Source of the DNA: Camelus ferus
Taxonomy: Eukaryota
NCBI RefSeq assembly: GCF_009834535.1
Contig: NC_045696.1
Location: 103,728,001-103,792,000, forward strand
Reading direction: 5' to 3'
DNA: 64,000 nucleotides
This document shows positions 1 to 13,178 of this stretch, in pieces; the stretch's first letter is position 1; every line of letters starts with the position of its first letter. The position numbers and the translations under genes are program-made. Below the pieces are notes generated by a model, which was not told the origin of the DNA, ran no database searches, and saw nothing but the letters and a program-made list of their open reading frames with translations.

Positions 1-163
1 ATAAAGCCAAAAGGATTTTTGATATTTTGGATTTGAGTGTGAGAGAAAAAGGGGTCAAGAATTACTTCTCAAAGAGTTTCAGTCTGAGCAGCTGGATGAA
101 TAGAGATGCCATTTCCTGAGGAAAGAGCCTCTTGCAAAAGGAGGATCAAGAGTTTGTACTGAG

Positions 164-321
164 GGGTACAGCTCAGTGGTAGAGTGCATGCTTAGCATGT
201 ACAAGGTCCTGGATTCAATCCTTAGTACCTCCATAAAAAAAATTATAATAAATTTAAATTAAAATTTTAAAAAATCCAGGACCCTCCCCCAACATATAAA
301 TAAATAAGTAAATAAATAAAT
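164..321 (+). mobile_element. tRNA-derived SINE (Vic-1-like), inside an old L2-like fragment
   Basis: A-box/B-box head (tacagctcagtggtagagtgcatgcttagcatg...ggattcaatcc), AT-rich tail, imperfect TSD agtttgtactgag (151-163) / agtctgtattgag (322-334). Confidence 0.85.
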
Positions 322-2919
322 AGTCTGTATTGAGTATATTAAGTCTGAGATACTTATTAAATATCCAAGTACAAATGTCAAGGGGGCAAAGAAGTCCTAG
401 CTAGAGTCAAAATTTGAGAATTATTAGCAAGTACACAATATTTATAAAACCGTAAGACTATACAGGATCACATGTCAAGTAAATGTGAAGAAAAATGAAA
501 AGAGATTTGAAGACTTGCCTCAGAGCTCTCCATCATTTTGCGTTAGTAGAGTTAAAAGAAGGAACCACCAGCAAAGGAGACTGCTACATGTCTCTTCGTT
601 GAACTATAAACAAACTCTAAGGGACAGGACCAATTCTTAGCATCATGCCTAGTTTATAATAGACAATGAAAACCTACTGAATAAGTGTATGTATGTGTAT
701 GTTTATAACTTTAGCATGGGCAAAGAGGTTCTAATACCACATCGCAAATGATAAAATTCCATATAAACTACTTTTTATAAGTTTATAAGCTTGATACAAA
801 TTGATCTACATCAACTGCTCCAAAGGTTTAAAAAGAAAATATCCCCTGTATACAGTTACCAAAAGCACTAAATTTAAGTCTTTATAGCGTTACTACACAG
901 ATATCACATTGAAAATAAACAAACCAACTCTGAAATGCACACATTCAAATGTTTACTGGGTGCCTACTAAGATGCTAGGGATGCATTAGTGAGAAAAACA
1001 GACAAAATTATGTCCTCATTGAGCTAACACAGATGGACACATAGATAACAAATAAGATCAATAAGTAAAAATAGCACGTTAGTATTAAGCAGGAATGGGC
1101 ACCACATGAAATGGCAGAGGGAAGGGAACCAAGGAAGGCTCTGCATAAATGCCTGAAGAAAGAGGGTAGACATTTGTTTTATAGAAAATATCTTTTAGTC
1201 GTTGGCAAAGAGCAAACAATTTAAACCAACAAGATAAACACCACTGGGAATCAAAATTGATAAGATAACTTAGATTAACAGAAATAGAAAGAAGGCCAAT
1301 TCTCTGTGTAACAAGATCAGTGACTGTGCAAAGGTCACCAGTAGTAAATCCAGATAGTACCATACAAATTTTACCTAGGACTGGAATTCCAAGTATCAGG
1401 CTACTGGGTAGAGATTCTGGTGTACATGTTTCCGGACATAATGTGAATATATGCACACATGCACTTATGTGTACGTTTTAGAGGGGACTGCTTGCATGCA
1501 TGCATTTATATCTATAGTTTGTATGTGTGTTTCTGTGCCCTGGAGGGAGATATTACTGGGATAAATAAGAAAAGAAGATAAATATTTATTAAGCAGTTGG
1601 ATGTTCCAACACAATGCTAAATATTTTCTCAAATAACTCATTTGGTCTGTACAACAACCCTGTGATGTAAGCATTACTGTTCCTGTTCTTTTTTATAATT
1701 TTTAAAAAATTCAGTTACAGAGCTGGTACTGTGATTTAACAGAAATCAAACTCCAAAGCCCACTCTTTCCATTCCTCTTAATGTCTTTCTGAATACAGCA
1801 GCTCTGAGAGGAATAGACAGCTATTCCTTTCTGAAATTATCCTAAGAGATCCTGCAGTGTATTTCAGAGAGGTCTGATCTATTTCAAAGGACATCTTAAG
1901 TACAGAAGAGCCAACACAGACCCCAGTGTGATTAACCCCCAAGAGAAACTGCAAAGGGCCAGGGTCCTGGGCAAGATGACCCTAACATAAAGATTATTTG
2001 GAGTAGGAGGAAAGCTCAGTCATAATAATAGCTGTCATTTACTGAAGAAATAAACGTCTTACACGCAGCAGATGTTTTTTACGGACTTCATACATATCAT
2101 TTCACTCAATCTTTATAATAACTTCTTCCAGTGAGTTTTTTTTTTTTTTTATATATACACAGAAATTGGGGATAGAGAGAGAACATTCCAGGAGTATGGC
2201 ACAACACGAACCAGTCCGGGAGGTGGAAACAAGAGGAGCACCTTCGAGGAGGCGGTGAATAGTTCAGGCTGGCTAGAGCACAGAGAGAGATGAAAGGGGC
2301 ATAGGAAGGGCTAAGGTACTAAAAGGAAAGGTGGCATCAAACAGAACCTGGAATGCTAAGCTAAGGAGTTTTACTTTATTCAGGCAGCAATTCGGGTCAC
2401 TAAAAGTTCCTTGTGGTCAAAACTATGCTTCAGGAAAATTACTCGGACAGTTACAGAGCCTAAACTAAGGTAATGAAAGGGCAACGGAGGAAAAGAAAAA
2501 TGGAAGAGACACTACGCAGAAAAAATTCAAAGAATTTGGCCTGAGTGACTCAGGATATGATGTTCTAGTAACTGGAATATCAGTCTAAACAGAGGATTAA
2601 GAACTTTAGATGGGGGAAAGATACAAAAATATGCAAACTTAATCATCTATACACACCACAAAAAAAAAAATGGAGGAAGAATGAATCAAATATACTCTTA
2701 AAAATACAATACAGCCTCAATGCTGACAAGTTTAGAGTAAAAGTGAAATGCTGTTACGCCATCTAATTATAAATAAGACAATCCTATGTGATGTTAACAT
2801 AAGGTCTTTCAAATTTTCTTACAAAGTTTAATTTAAATTTTTGCAGTAAGATAAAAGGTGTACAGAATTCTGAAAACATACAGTACTGGTACGGTACAGC
2901 AAATTAAGCAAATTCATTT

Positions 2920-3097
2920 TGGAGACAGATCTGAGTTTCAATTTGAGTTTCGTACTTAACGATCTCCTTAGTCTCCACCTCCTGCATGAAAAAAAGGTAA
3001 TTATAATGCTTCAGGACTACTGTGAGCCTTAACTGATGTAAAGTCCTCACCACAATACCTAGAACAGAGTAAGCATTCAATACATAGTAACTAGTCA
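2920..3097 (+). mobile_element. MIR SINE fragment
   Basis: Resembles the MIR core and 3' end (ggagacagatctgagtttcaa...cctagaacagagtaagcattcaata). Confidence 0.6.
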
Positions 3098-3344
3098 TGT
3101 CCTTCCTTGGTCAGAGATTCCTAAAAATTAGCATCTGACACAATTCCCTTCACCCAAGCCATCAGGTCCTAACCAAAGATAATCTATAATTTAACAACTG
3201 GATACACCAGAGGAGCTTATTTATTTTTTTAATGAGACTTTTATTTCATAAGGAATACATTTCTACTAGAGGAAATATATGGAAAAATATCTGGCCTTTC
3301 TATACCTCAGCCCCCACATGTCTAAAACAAGTATTTTGAACTAT

Positions 3345-3618
3345 TTCAGACTGGGGACACAAATTGGGGTCAGCTGGCCAGCAATTAACTTTATTTGGCC
3401 TGCACAGTATTAGAAAAAATGGAGCTAATATCTAGAAACTGGGAGAGTTAATAATAAGCAAATCCATACTTCTGGTTTCTCTTTAATAATCAAAGACCTG
3501 GCAACGTGGTTCTGAGTAGAAACTACAGACAGGCACTCTCTTTGGAAATCATAACAATCCCCACCTGGCTTTACCTCACTATGCCTACTCTCTGTAGAAT
3601 GGTGTTTGCAACCCCTGA
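3345..3618. mobile_element. hAT-Charlie DNA transposon remnant (MER102-like)
   Basis: Motifs tttggcctgcacagt, aaagacctggcaac and tttgcaacccctg recalled from the MER102 consensus. Confidence 0.5.
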
Positions 3619-4525
3619 ACTAGTTAATCTTCTAGGTTCCCGTAGCTTTAAGATTTTGAGAGGTAACGCCTGAAATTTAAAAAGCACATGGCAACTCTGA
3701 TTTCAAATGTTTTCAGATATTGCTACCTACTGCCAGTTTAACCTGCTAAACACTACAAGAACTAGATACACATTTATATTAAATAAACTGTTCATCAAAA
3801 AAACTATGAGCATACACTTTACTGATTATTACTGCTTATGTTAGCCCACACTTAACTGAGCACAACGTGCAAGCAGTATACCAAGTCATCCAATCATTTC
3901 ACAAACATTCTGTAGGATTAGAATAACTAATATTACCAATTTATACAAGAGGAAGCTGAGGCTCCGAGAGATTAGGTGATTACTTACAAAAGTAGCAGAA
4001 AATCATGTTTTCAACATGCTACATTTTCATTCATCATTCAATCAATTTCTATGTACCTAACATAATAAATACTTTGTAGAGAATAAAGAAATCTCACACA
4101 AGGTAACAGCTCTCTCTCATTCATTTATCTTTACAGTTCTCAATGGAGAAAGGAAGAGAAAAACTGCCATAATCAACATGACCTTCCAAAACTTTCACAT
4201 CCATCCTGTGAAATGACAGATTGCCCCAGGTGTACAGTAGCAAAAAAGGAGGGAGGGATGCCTAAGAACTATTGAAGAGAAAAAAGTTACGCAGCTGTTA
4301 TTTCTCCCTTTTCTTGTTACCCTGAAAGCACCACTGGATATGTGATATAGATGTGATATTATTCAGGCAAAGAATGAGTCACCAATAGGCATATGGTGCC
4401 TACTGGAATAGCTACTGGTAAGTAGGGTTTTCCAATGCATAAATTAGCATGATCAGATAACTGGACTGTCAAACAACTTTTCTCACTCCCAGTAAATGAT
4501 AAATTATCTTTGAAAAATATAATCC

Positions 4526-4776
4526 ATCCGGGGGGGCGGAGGGTGGGAAGGGATAGACTGGGATTTCAAAATTGTAGACTAGATAAACAAGATTATACTG
4601 TATAGCACAGGGAAATATACACAAAATCTTATGGTAGCTCACAGAGAAAAAATTTGACAATGAGTGTGTATATGTCCATGTATGACTGAAAAATTGTGCC
4701 GAACACTGGAATTTGACACAACATTGTAAAATGATTATAAGTCAATAAAAAATGTTTAAAAGAAAAGAAAAGAAAA
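4526..4776 (+). mobile_element. 5'-truncated L1 3' end (lineage-specific)
   Basis: L1 3'UTR motifs (ctgtatagcacagggaaatat, acattgtaaaatgattataagtcaataaa), (GAAAA)n tail, perfect 14-bp TSD gaaaaatataatcc at 4512-4525 and 4777-4790. Confidence 0.9.
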
Positions 4777-6699
4777 GAAAAATATAATCCGAGATTCCCT
4801 AATCCCACTCAACTGGTAATCTGAAAAAATCAACACATTACATAAATCCTATCAGAAATCCGGTTCTACCTAAGAATAGGCACTATGATATTAACCTGGG
4901 ACCTGGAGGTTAAAGAAATAGGGAATAATAAAGTTTCACTAACACTACACTCCTACTCCATCATGGAAGTAAGGTACTGTGCAAGCATCAATAAGACAAA
5001 AACTCAAGTAATAGCACTGAGCAAGCACTTGAGTGGGCAAAGGACTCCAGGAATCCAGCATACTTTAGGTGGTTAGCTTAGACTCTGAGCAAAGAATGGT
5101 TCTGTGGTTATAAAACCTGGCATAAAGTCAAGGTTTTAAAGCATAAACTCCATGGCAACTCCTCAAAAACTGCCCTACTAGGTAATATGCAACTCTTTAG
5201 TGGGAAAGTCTACAGAACATAATTAGGGGCCAACTGTTTTACACAAGTCTTGTGCAATAATTATCACAGTTATCTATACTGCTATCATATTAATCATCTC
5301 TGACTGAAGCTTGGTCCAGAACGAGAAGTTAGGAAACTACTGCACATGAAAAGGCAAGTTTCGCAAGGTATTGCCAGGAAATGTCCATGGGTTATAGCAA
5401 GACGTCACCAAGTTGCAGGCAGGATCTTCCTGTGGTTTGTCTTGCCCACTTCTGGTTTCAGTTCTGAATGTGTGCTGATTCCTAAGCTCCCTACAGCCCC
5501 CTTCTCAAGTAGCACACCAAACTCTGAAGCACATATGGTAAAAATCTGTCCTAGGATAGGCCTACAGCCACCTGAAACTTAGGGGCTCCTAAGCTGACAG
5601 AGAGAGGCTAGCATGGCAAGCAAATGGAAGGCCCAAATCAAGTGGTGGCAGAACTCAGGGCTGCCTACCCAGGCTGTATGTGGGATAAGGCTGCTATTCC
5701 TGGTAACAGCATCCAGGAAGCCAAAATGGGACTCATTGTGATGTAATGCTTTTTTAAAAAAGGGGGGGGGGGGGAACCTAGATATAAAGCAGTTGCATCC
5801 ACACAAGTGCATGTACACGTATATGTGCACACTTGCACACATGTGTGCCCTAGGAGAACCATTAACATGCAGAGACAAACCTACATGAGCACAGTCACGC
5901 AGACCGAAGAATAATATTTTTTATGACTCCTCAAAACAATACTAGAGACAAATTTTTATAGCATTCCAACATTCTAATTTTATTGAATACCCATTACATT
6001 AGATCATAACTAATTTAGGAACAATTATCAACTTCTTGATAACAAAAATGTACTCATCAATTCTTCCCAATATACCATCTGACAGGCAACTTGGTAGAGA
6101 AAAGGACAAGGATTTTGGCATCTTAAAGACGTTCTGAATAACCTGGCTATGCCCCGTTGAACACTGAACAAATAACCTTTCTGTCTGCTTCTTTGCTAAA
6201 ACAGGAATGATAACAAACTTCTTCATGAAATTGGATTAAATGAGATAATTTACAACATATCCTAACATAGTACCTAGAAAAGAGTAAATACTCAATAAAT
6301 GTTAGTTTACTTCCCCCATCCACCAAGAAGTATTTTTATAAAACTGTCCAAATTCAAAACTAAGAGGTGCTGTACCACTCACACAAATGTTATAATATTT
6401 GAAGGGATCAAAATTTTTCTTTCACTATATTCCTCTGAAAAAAAAACACTGAATTTTCTTAAAGTCAACTTTCCGAATACAATTTGCAAAAACAGGCAGA
6501 GCATATGGGAATTCACTGTACTATTCTAACACTGTGTGTGTGTGTGTGAAGTTATATTAAAATTAAAAACTATCCAAAAAACTGACAGAAAAGTTGACTT
6601 TATTTCTGTGTGCACTCAAAATGTTACCAAGCCTAACATTTGGTTACACGACTAATATTGCATCAAATTCATTTATGCAAATAGTCATTTTTGATAACA

Positions 6700-7800
6700 T
6701 AGCTCATACATAAATACACTCTCTAGGAAAGTAAACCATTATAAGGCTAATTCCCTTTGTCCCCACTGACAAAACCAATGTCGTTCATCTTTTCAAACCT
6801 CTCACTGTGCATTTTCCCATATACGTTAGAGAAAATAAAACACGTAGAATAACAACACATATCACCTTAACAACTGGCTTTTTCTTTTTTTTTTACTCAA
6901 CAGTACATCTTGAGGTTCTTTCATAGTATAGATACATCTCATTCTTTTTAGCTGTTATAGAATATGCATATGAACACACTATTTAGCCATTTCCTATGAA
7001 TGGACACTTAAGTTACCTCTAATTGTTTTGTTTTACCAACAAGGTAACATTAAACAGCTTTGTATATGCATCTTCTGCAAATACACAAGTGTTTCTGTAG
7101 GGCAGATAGACAGAAGTAGAAATGAATAGAGAATATACTTTTAAATTTTTAACAGATACTGCCAAAATGCTCTCTAACGCTGCTTTCCAATTTAAACTCA
7201 CAGCAACAGTGAAGAAACTACTTGTTTCCCTAAACCCTTACCAAATTTAACAAGCTTTTCTTGTTAAATTAAAACCAAAATTAACAACCTTTTCTTTTTT
7301 CACAAACTGATTAATGTTTTAAATTTGTATTTCTCTGATTAATTTTTGTTAAACCTTACCAGTATTTTCTTATGTTTACTAGACTTTTGAATCTCCTTTT
7401 CATAACCTTTAATTTTTTTTTTTAGTGGTCTTTTCTTTTTTAAAATTCGGATGAACTTTTTCAATATTCTGAATACTAACAGGTAGCAGCATGGCATGGA
7501 AGGTTACAAGCAACAGAGCCAGTCTGCCCAGTCTGAATGACAGCTCCATGCCTCACTAGCTCTCTGATCTTGGCAAGTTAATTTAGTTTAGCTACTCCAT
7601 GCCTCAGTTTCCTAATCTGTAAAAATGTGGATAATAACTGTACTTACAGAGTTACCATAAGGATAAAATTAGTTAACATTCTTTAAACACTTTAAAACAG
7701 TGCCTGGCACAGAATAAGTGTTATATAAGTGTTTTCTTTTTGTCTGTAGGATTTGCTACAAATATCTTCTCCCAATCTATTGTTTATCTTTTAACTCCTA
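6700..7800 (-). mobile_element. Ancient L1 (L1ME-like) fragments interrupted by a MIR at ~7480-7730
   Basis: Degenerate L1 motifs (gatactgccaaaatgctct, atttgtatttctctgatta, caaatatcttctccca). MIR core tgatcttggcaagtta...gcctcagtttcctaatctgtaaaa. Confidence 0.55.
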
Positions 7801-7999
7801 TTTATAAGTCTTCACTTACTTTTCCTCAAACAGTTCTTTTTCCACTTCTATTCTAATATCAGAAATTATATAAATAGATGAAACCAACAAAAGACTGCGC
7901 TCACTGGATCTTACAACCAACTTCTCCTCAAGAATAAACACAGACATCAGCCAAAGCATCTAAATTTAAAAAACATCTTTCCACTAAAAAAAGCTAACT

Positions 8000-8875
8000 T
8001 CCTCACTGCATAAAGCATTCCCACAAATCAGTAAGAAGACTGGTAATTCAGCAGAAAAAAAAGGCAAACCAAATAATCAATTTCACCAAAAAAATGGAAA
8101 TAAAAATGGCTCTGAAAAATATGAAGAGATCCTCAACCTCATTTAGAAGTTGTGAGTTAAAACTAAAAATTAGGTATTCCTTTTCATCTTACAGACCAGT
8201 AAAGATCAAGAAGTTTTAAAATATTCACTATGTGGGTATTAAGAAATGGACATTCAAACATTGCTGGTGGGAGCATAAATTGTTACGGTTTCTATGAAAA
8301 GCAATTTGGCACTGTCTTTCCAAAATGAAAATGCACATACCATCCAATTCATCAGTTTAACATCCAGAATTTATCCTACAGACACGTGTATTCATATTAA
8401 AAATGACATGCCTACAAGATTATTTACCGCAATAATGTGTATAATAGCAAAGATTGCAAACAAGCTAAATGTCCATCAACAGGGGACTGGCTAAATAAAC
8501 TGTGGTACATCCAGATGATGAAATTTTATGCAGCTGTTTAAAAAATGAGGCAGCTCCCCTATTTATTTATTTATGAAAAATCTTCAAGCTATTACTGTTA
8601 AGCATAAAAAAGCAGGATACAAACAATGTGTGTATTTTGTTGTGATATGTATATTGGTGAGAGAGAGAGATATTAATACTCATACTTTTAAATGTAAATG
8701 CTTAAATAATCTCCACAAGGATACACAAGAAACCAGCAATGCTTGCTTCTGGAAAGGTAATGGCTAGGAGACAAAAGAAGTAACAAAACTTTTTAACGTA
8801 TACCTTTATGTATCTTTTGAATTTTGTACCAAATATTTGTATTATCTAATCAAATAAACAAATAAACCTTAAAAA
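8000..8875 (+). mobile_element. Ancient L1 (L1ME-like) 3' fragment
   Basis: Degenerate ORF2 C-terminal/3'UTR motifs (cattgctggtgggag, aaatgtccatcaacaggggactggctaaataaactgtggtacatcc). Confidence 0.7.
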
Positions 8876-8911
8876 GTAATCAAATTAAAACCTCCCTGTG
8901 ATCACGCCAAA

Positions 8912-11404
8912 TTTTTTTTAGTTCAGTTGTTGTCAGTTTACAATGTGTCAATTTCCAGTGTAGAGCACAATTTTTCAGTTATACATGAACATATATATAT
9001 TCCTCGTCACATTCTTTTTCACTGTGAGCTACCTACCACGAGATCTTGTATATATTTCCTTGTGCTGTACAGTATAATCTTGTTTATCTATTCTACATAT
9101 GCCCGTCAGTATCTACAAATTTCGAACTCCCAGTCTGTCCCTTTCCAACCTCTCCCCTCTGGCAACCACAAGTTTGTATTCTATGTCTATGAGTCTATTT
9201 CTGTTTTGTATTTATGTTCATTTCTTTCTCCCTTTCTTCCTTCCTTCCCTCCTTCCTTCCTTCCTTCTTTCCTTCCTTTCTTCTCTCCTTCCTTCCTTCC
9301 TTCGTTCTTTCCTTCCTTTCTTTCAATTCCACCCATGCGCTATTTCATATGGTATTTTTCTTTCAGTTTTTCTGGCTCACTTCACTTAGAATGACATTCT
9401 CCAGGGACATCCATGTTACTGCAAATGGCGTTATGTTGTTGGTTTTTATGGCTGAATAGTATTCTATTGTATAAATATACCACCTCTTCTTTATCCAGTC
9501 ATCTGTCGATGGATATTTAGGCTGTTTCCATGTCTTGCCTATTGTAAATAGTGCTGCTATGAACACTGTGGGGTGCAGGTGACTTTTTGAAGTAAGGTTC
9601 CTTCTGGATATATGCCCAGGAGTGGGATTCCTGGGTCATATAGTAAGTCTATTCCTAGTCTTTTGAGGAATCTCCATACTGTTTTCCACAGTGGCTGCAC
9701 CAAACTGCATTCCCACCAGCAGTGTAGGAGGGTTCCCTTTTCTCCACAGCCTCCAGCATTTGTCATTTGTGGACTTTTGAATGATGGCCATTCTGACTGG
9801 TGTTAGGTGATAGCTCATTGTAGTTTTGATTTGCATTTCTCTGATAATTAGTGATATTGAGCATTTTTTCATGTGCCTATTGATCATTTGTTATTTCTTC
9901 CTTGGAGAATTGTTTGTTTAGGTCTTCTGCCCAATTTTGGATTGGGTTATTTGTTTTTTCTTATTAAGTTGTATGAGCTGCTGATATAGTCTGGAGATCA
10001 AGTCTTTGTCAGTTTCATCTTTTGCAAAAATTTTCTCCCATTCCATAGGTTGTCATTTTGTTCTGCTTATGGTTTCCTTTGCTGTGCAGAAGCTTGTAAA
10101 TTTAATTAGGCTCCATTTGTTTATTCTTGCTTTTACTTCTATTGCTTGGGTAGACTGCCCTAGGAGAACATTTTTGAGATGTATGTCAGATAATGTTTTG
10201 CCTGTATTTCCTTCTAGGAGGTTTATTGTATCTTGTCTTATGTTTAAGTCTTTGATCCATTTTGAGTTTATTTTTGTGTATGGTGTAAGGGAATGTTCTA
10301 GCTTCACTGATTTATGTGCTGCTGTTCAGTTTTCCCAACACCGTTTGCTGAAGAGACTATCTTTATTCCATTGTATGTTTTTGCCTCCTTTGTCAAAGAT
10401 TAGTTGACCAAAAGTTCGTGGGTTTCTTTCTGGGCTCTCTATTCTGTTCCATTGGTCCATATGTCTGTTTTTGTACCAATACCATGCTGTTTTGATTACT
10501 GTAGCTCTGTAGTATTGTCTGAAGAGGGTTATTCCTCCAGTCTCTTTCTTTTTCTTCAGTAATGCTTTGGCAATTCTAGGTCTTTTGTGATTCCATATAA
10601 ATTTTATTATGATTTGTTCTAGTTCTGTGAAATATATCCTGGGTAATTTGATAGGGATTGCATTAAATCTGTAGATTGCCTTGGGCAGTATGACCATTTT
10701 AACAATATTGATTTCTCCAATCCAGAAGCATGGGATATCTTTCCAGTTTTTTATGTCTTCTTTAATTTCCCTAATCACTGCTTTATAGTTTTCCGTGTAT
10801 AATTCTTTCACCTCCTTGGTTAGATTTATTCCTAGGTATTTTATTACTTTGGGTGCTATTTGAAAGGGTATTATTTCTTTACTTTCTTTTCCTGTTGATT
10901 CATCGCTAGTGTAAAGAAATGCAACTGATTTTTGAATGTTAATCTTGTAACCTGCTACCTTGCTGAATTCTTCAATCAGTTCTAGTAGTTTTTGTGTGGA
11001 CCTTTTAGGGTTTTCTACATATAGGGACACTTTTACCTCTTCTTTTTCAATTTGGATCCCTTTTATTTCTCTCTCTTGCCTGACTGCTGTGGCTAGGACT
11101 TCCAAGACTATGTTGAATAGGAGTGGTGATAGTGGGCAGCCTTGTCTTGTCCCAGATTTTAGTGGGAAGCTTTTGAGTTATTCACATTGAGTACTATACT
11201 GGCTGTAGGTTTGTCATTTATAGCTTTTATTATGTTATGTTCCCTCTATACCCACTGTGGTGAGAGTTTTTATCATAAATGGGTGTTGAATTTTATCAAA
11301 TGCTTTTTCTGCAGCTATTAAGATGATCATGTGGTTTTTGTCCTTTCTCTTGTCAGTGGGATGTATTACATTGATTGATTTGTGTCTGTTGAACCACCCT
11401 TATG
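8912..11404 (-). mobile_element. 5'-truncated L1, ~2.5 kb, disrupted ORF2 (RT to C-terminus) plus 3'UTR, sense to RASA2 in intron 1
   Basis: ORF fragments 10326-11105, 10053-10307, 9636-9887, 9557-9766 and 9363-9566 are typical L1 ORF2 peptides. Imperfect TSD tcacgccaaa (8902-8911) / tcacaccaaa (11405-11414). Confidence 0.95.
9221..9323. repeat. (CCTT)n/(CTTT)n microsatellite inside the L1 3'UTR
   Basis: Direct reading of the pyrimidine tetranucleotide run. Confidence 0.9.
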
Positions 11405-11554
11405 TCACACCAAACTTTCTATTGGTACTCTTTAAACAGTCATGCACAGCAGGTTGCTACTATTCAGCTAGTTGGGGGCTAGTCTGTTCAATGCACAAAA
11501 GCAGAGGTTCACTACCCTAGCTGCCCATTTTCAACCCCTGTGGGATGTTTTAAC

Positions 11555-11675
11555 CTACAGATGTCCAAGTACCACCCCAGATACTGATTTAGTAGGTATG
11601 GAGTAGGGCCTGGGCATCAAATTTTTTAAGTTCACAGGTGACACTGATGGGCAGTCAGATCTGAAAACAGCTGAG
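11555..11675. mobile_element. MER5-type hAT-Charlie fragment
   Basis: ctgatttagtaggtatggagtagggcctgggcatc...caggtgacactgatg matches the recalled MER5 consensus. Confidence 0.65.
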
Positions 11676-13004
11676 TTAGAGCATGAGACAAACAGGTAAA
11701 TACCCAGGCTCAATCTCCCCTGAGCTTACAACCGTAGTTTCATCACGAATCCTAATCACGTCACAAAGTTCTTCAAAAGGAACAGATGAGTGTGTAGATG
11801 GCACAATATTACTACTTCTGGATATACCACTAGATAAGCAGTATAATCTTCATATATTAAACACAGTACATTTGTATGAATTCATTCTATGTAGCATTTT
11901 AGCAAAAACTCTGCTAGTGTACTAGTGCCCAACAGGCCATTAATTGTGTGACACTGGAGTCTCTGAGCCTCAACTTCATCATTTGTAAAATGATAGGACT
12001 GAACAAGATATGTTCTCCATCTTCCAGCTCTAAACATCTATAAATCTCTAAGAATACAGGTGCCTAAAAGCAACAATTGCTTTAGGACAAACTAGGAAGA
12101 AACTTTTTCATCTCATTCACTGCTTAGGCCCAGTTCACATTCCAGGAGGCTAGTGCCCTAACAGACACTCAGACATTTATTGCGTATTGCTGAAGAAATT
12201 AATGGTCACAGGAAAAAAATGTTGTTAGGATTCAAACAATCTTATATAATACATCTTAGATTTACGCAAAATAAGCATACTACATTTGAGCTTTAAAAGA
12301 AAAGCATCTGATACACTGTCTTTAAAAAAATGGTTCAAAAGGTAATAGTCAAAGACTTTGTGCTGGAAGGGATGTTAAAGTCCACATCCAAACCTCTCAT
12401 TTTACAAGTAAGAAAACAGAAGCTCAGCAAAGTTAAAGAATTTGCCCAAAGTCATTTTGTCATTAAGAATATTCTTAGAACCAAGCTCACAGTAACAGAT
12501 TTGTCAATTATTGTTCACTGATGTTTGCATGTGTACTGGTATAACCTTATAAGGTATATTATTTTAGCTAGGGATTTTTGATGACAATAATGACATATAA
12601 AACTAAAGATACAGAAATTTCTTAATATACATAAAGTCTCTTAATTTACATTAATTGATTACAACAAAGCTGTCAGCTGCTCTCAAAAGTGCATAGAACT
12701 TCATTAGTAGATAAAACATATAATCTGATATTATTGTCAAATAATTTCATAAAGCACATTAACAAGAAATAGGATTAGCATCTACGATTAAAGGATAAAA
12801 CGATAGTTTTATTTCAGCTACATTAGTTCCAGTCTCTTAGAGTCTATTCAAAGAGTTCTAAGTTACAAAAAAATCTATGAACTCATTGAGGTTTACCTCC
12901 TGCCTTCCTCAGACCAAATGATTAGCAGAGTGCTCTGTGAACTTTTACAAAGAACCCCTTTCTCTCATTTGTATCTCTCTGAAAGATGGATTCTTCCTCC
13001 ATCC

Positions 13005-13178
13005 TAAATAACTCATCATCTCATTTTAAATTTCTGACAATAATGAGTTCTTAGCATGAACAAAACCTTTTTTAATCTCTCCCTCTTTCTATTAATTTAT
13101 TAAATAACCCATCTCATTTCAAATATCTGATAATAATGAGTTCTTAGCATGAATAAACTCTTTTTAATCTCTCCCTCT
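13005..13178. repeat. Imperfect direct duplication of ~80 bp
   Basis: 13005-13086 and 13101-13178 share taaataac...aataatgagttcttagcatgaa...tttttaatctctccctct. Confidence 0.9.

Noticed and set aside
5800..5848. Alternating purine-pyrimidine, hairpin-like tract next to a G-run
   Set aside because: Imperfect self-complementarity typical of decayed CA/TG repeats. No evidence for an RNA gene.
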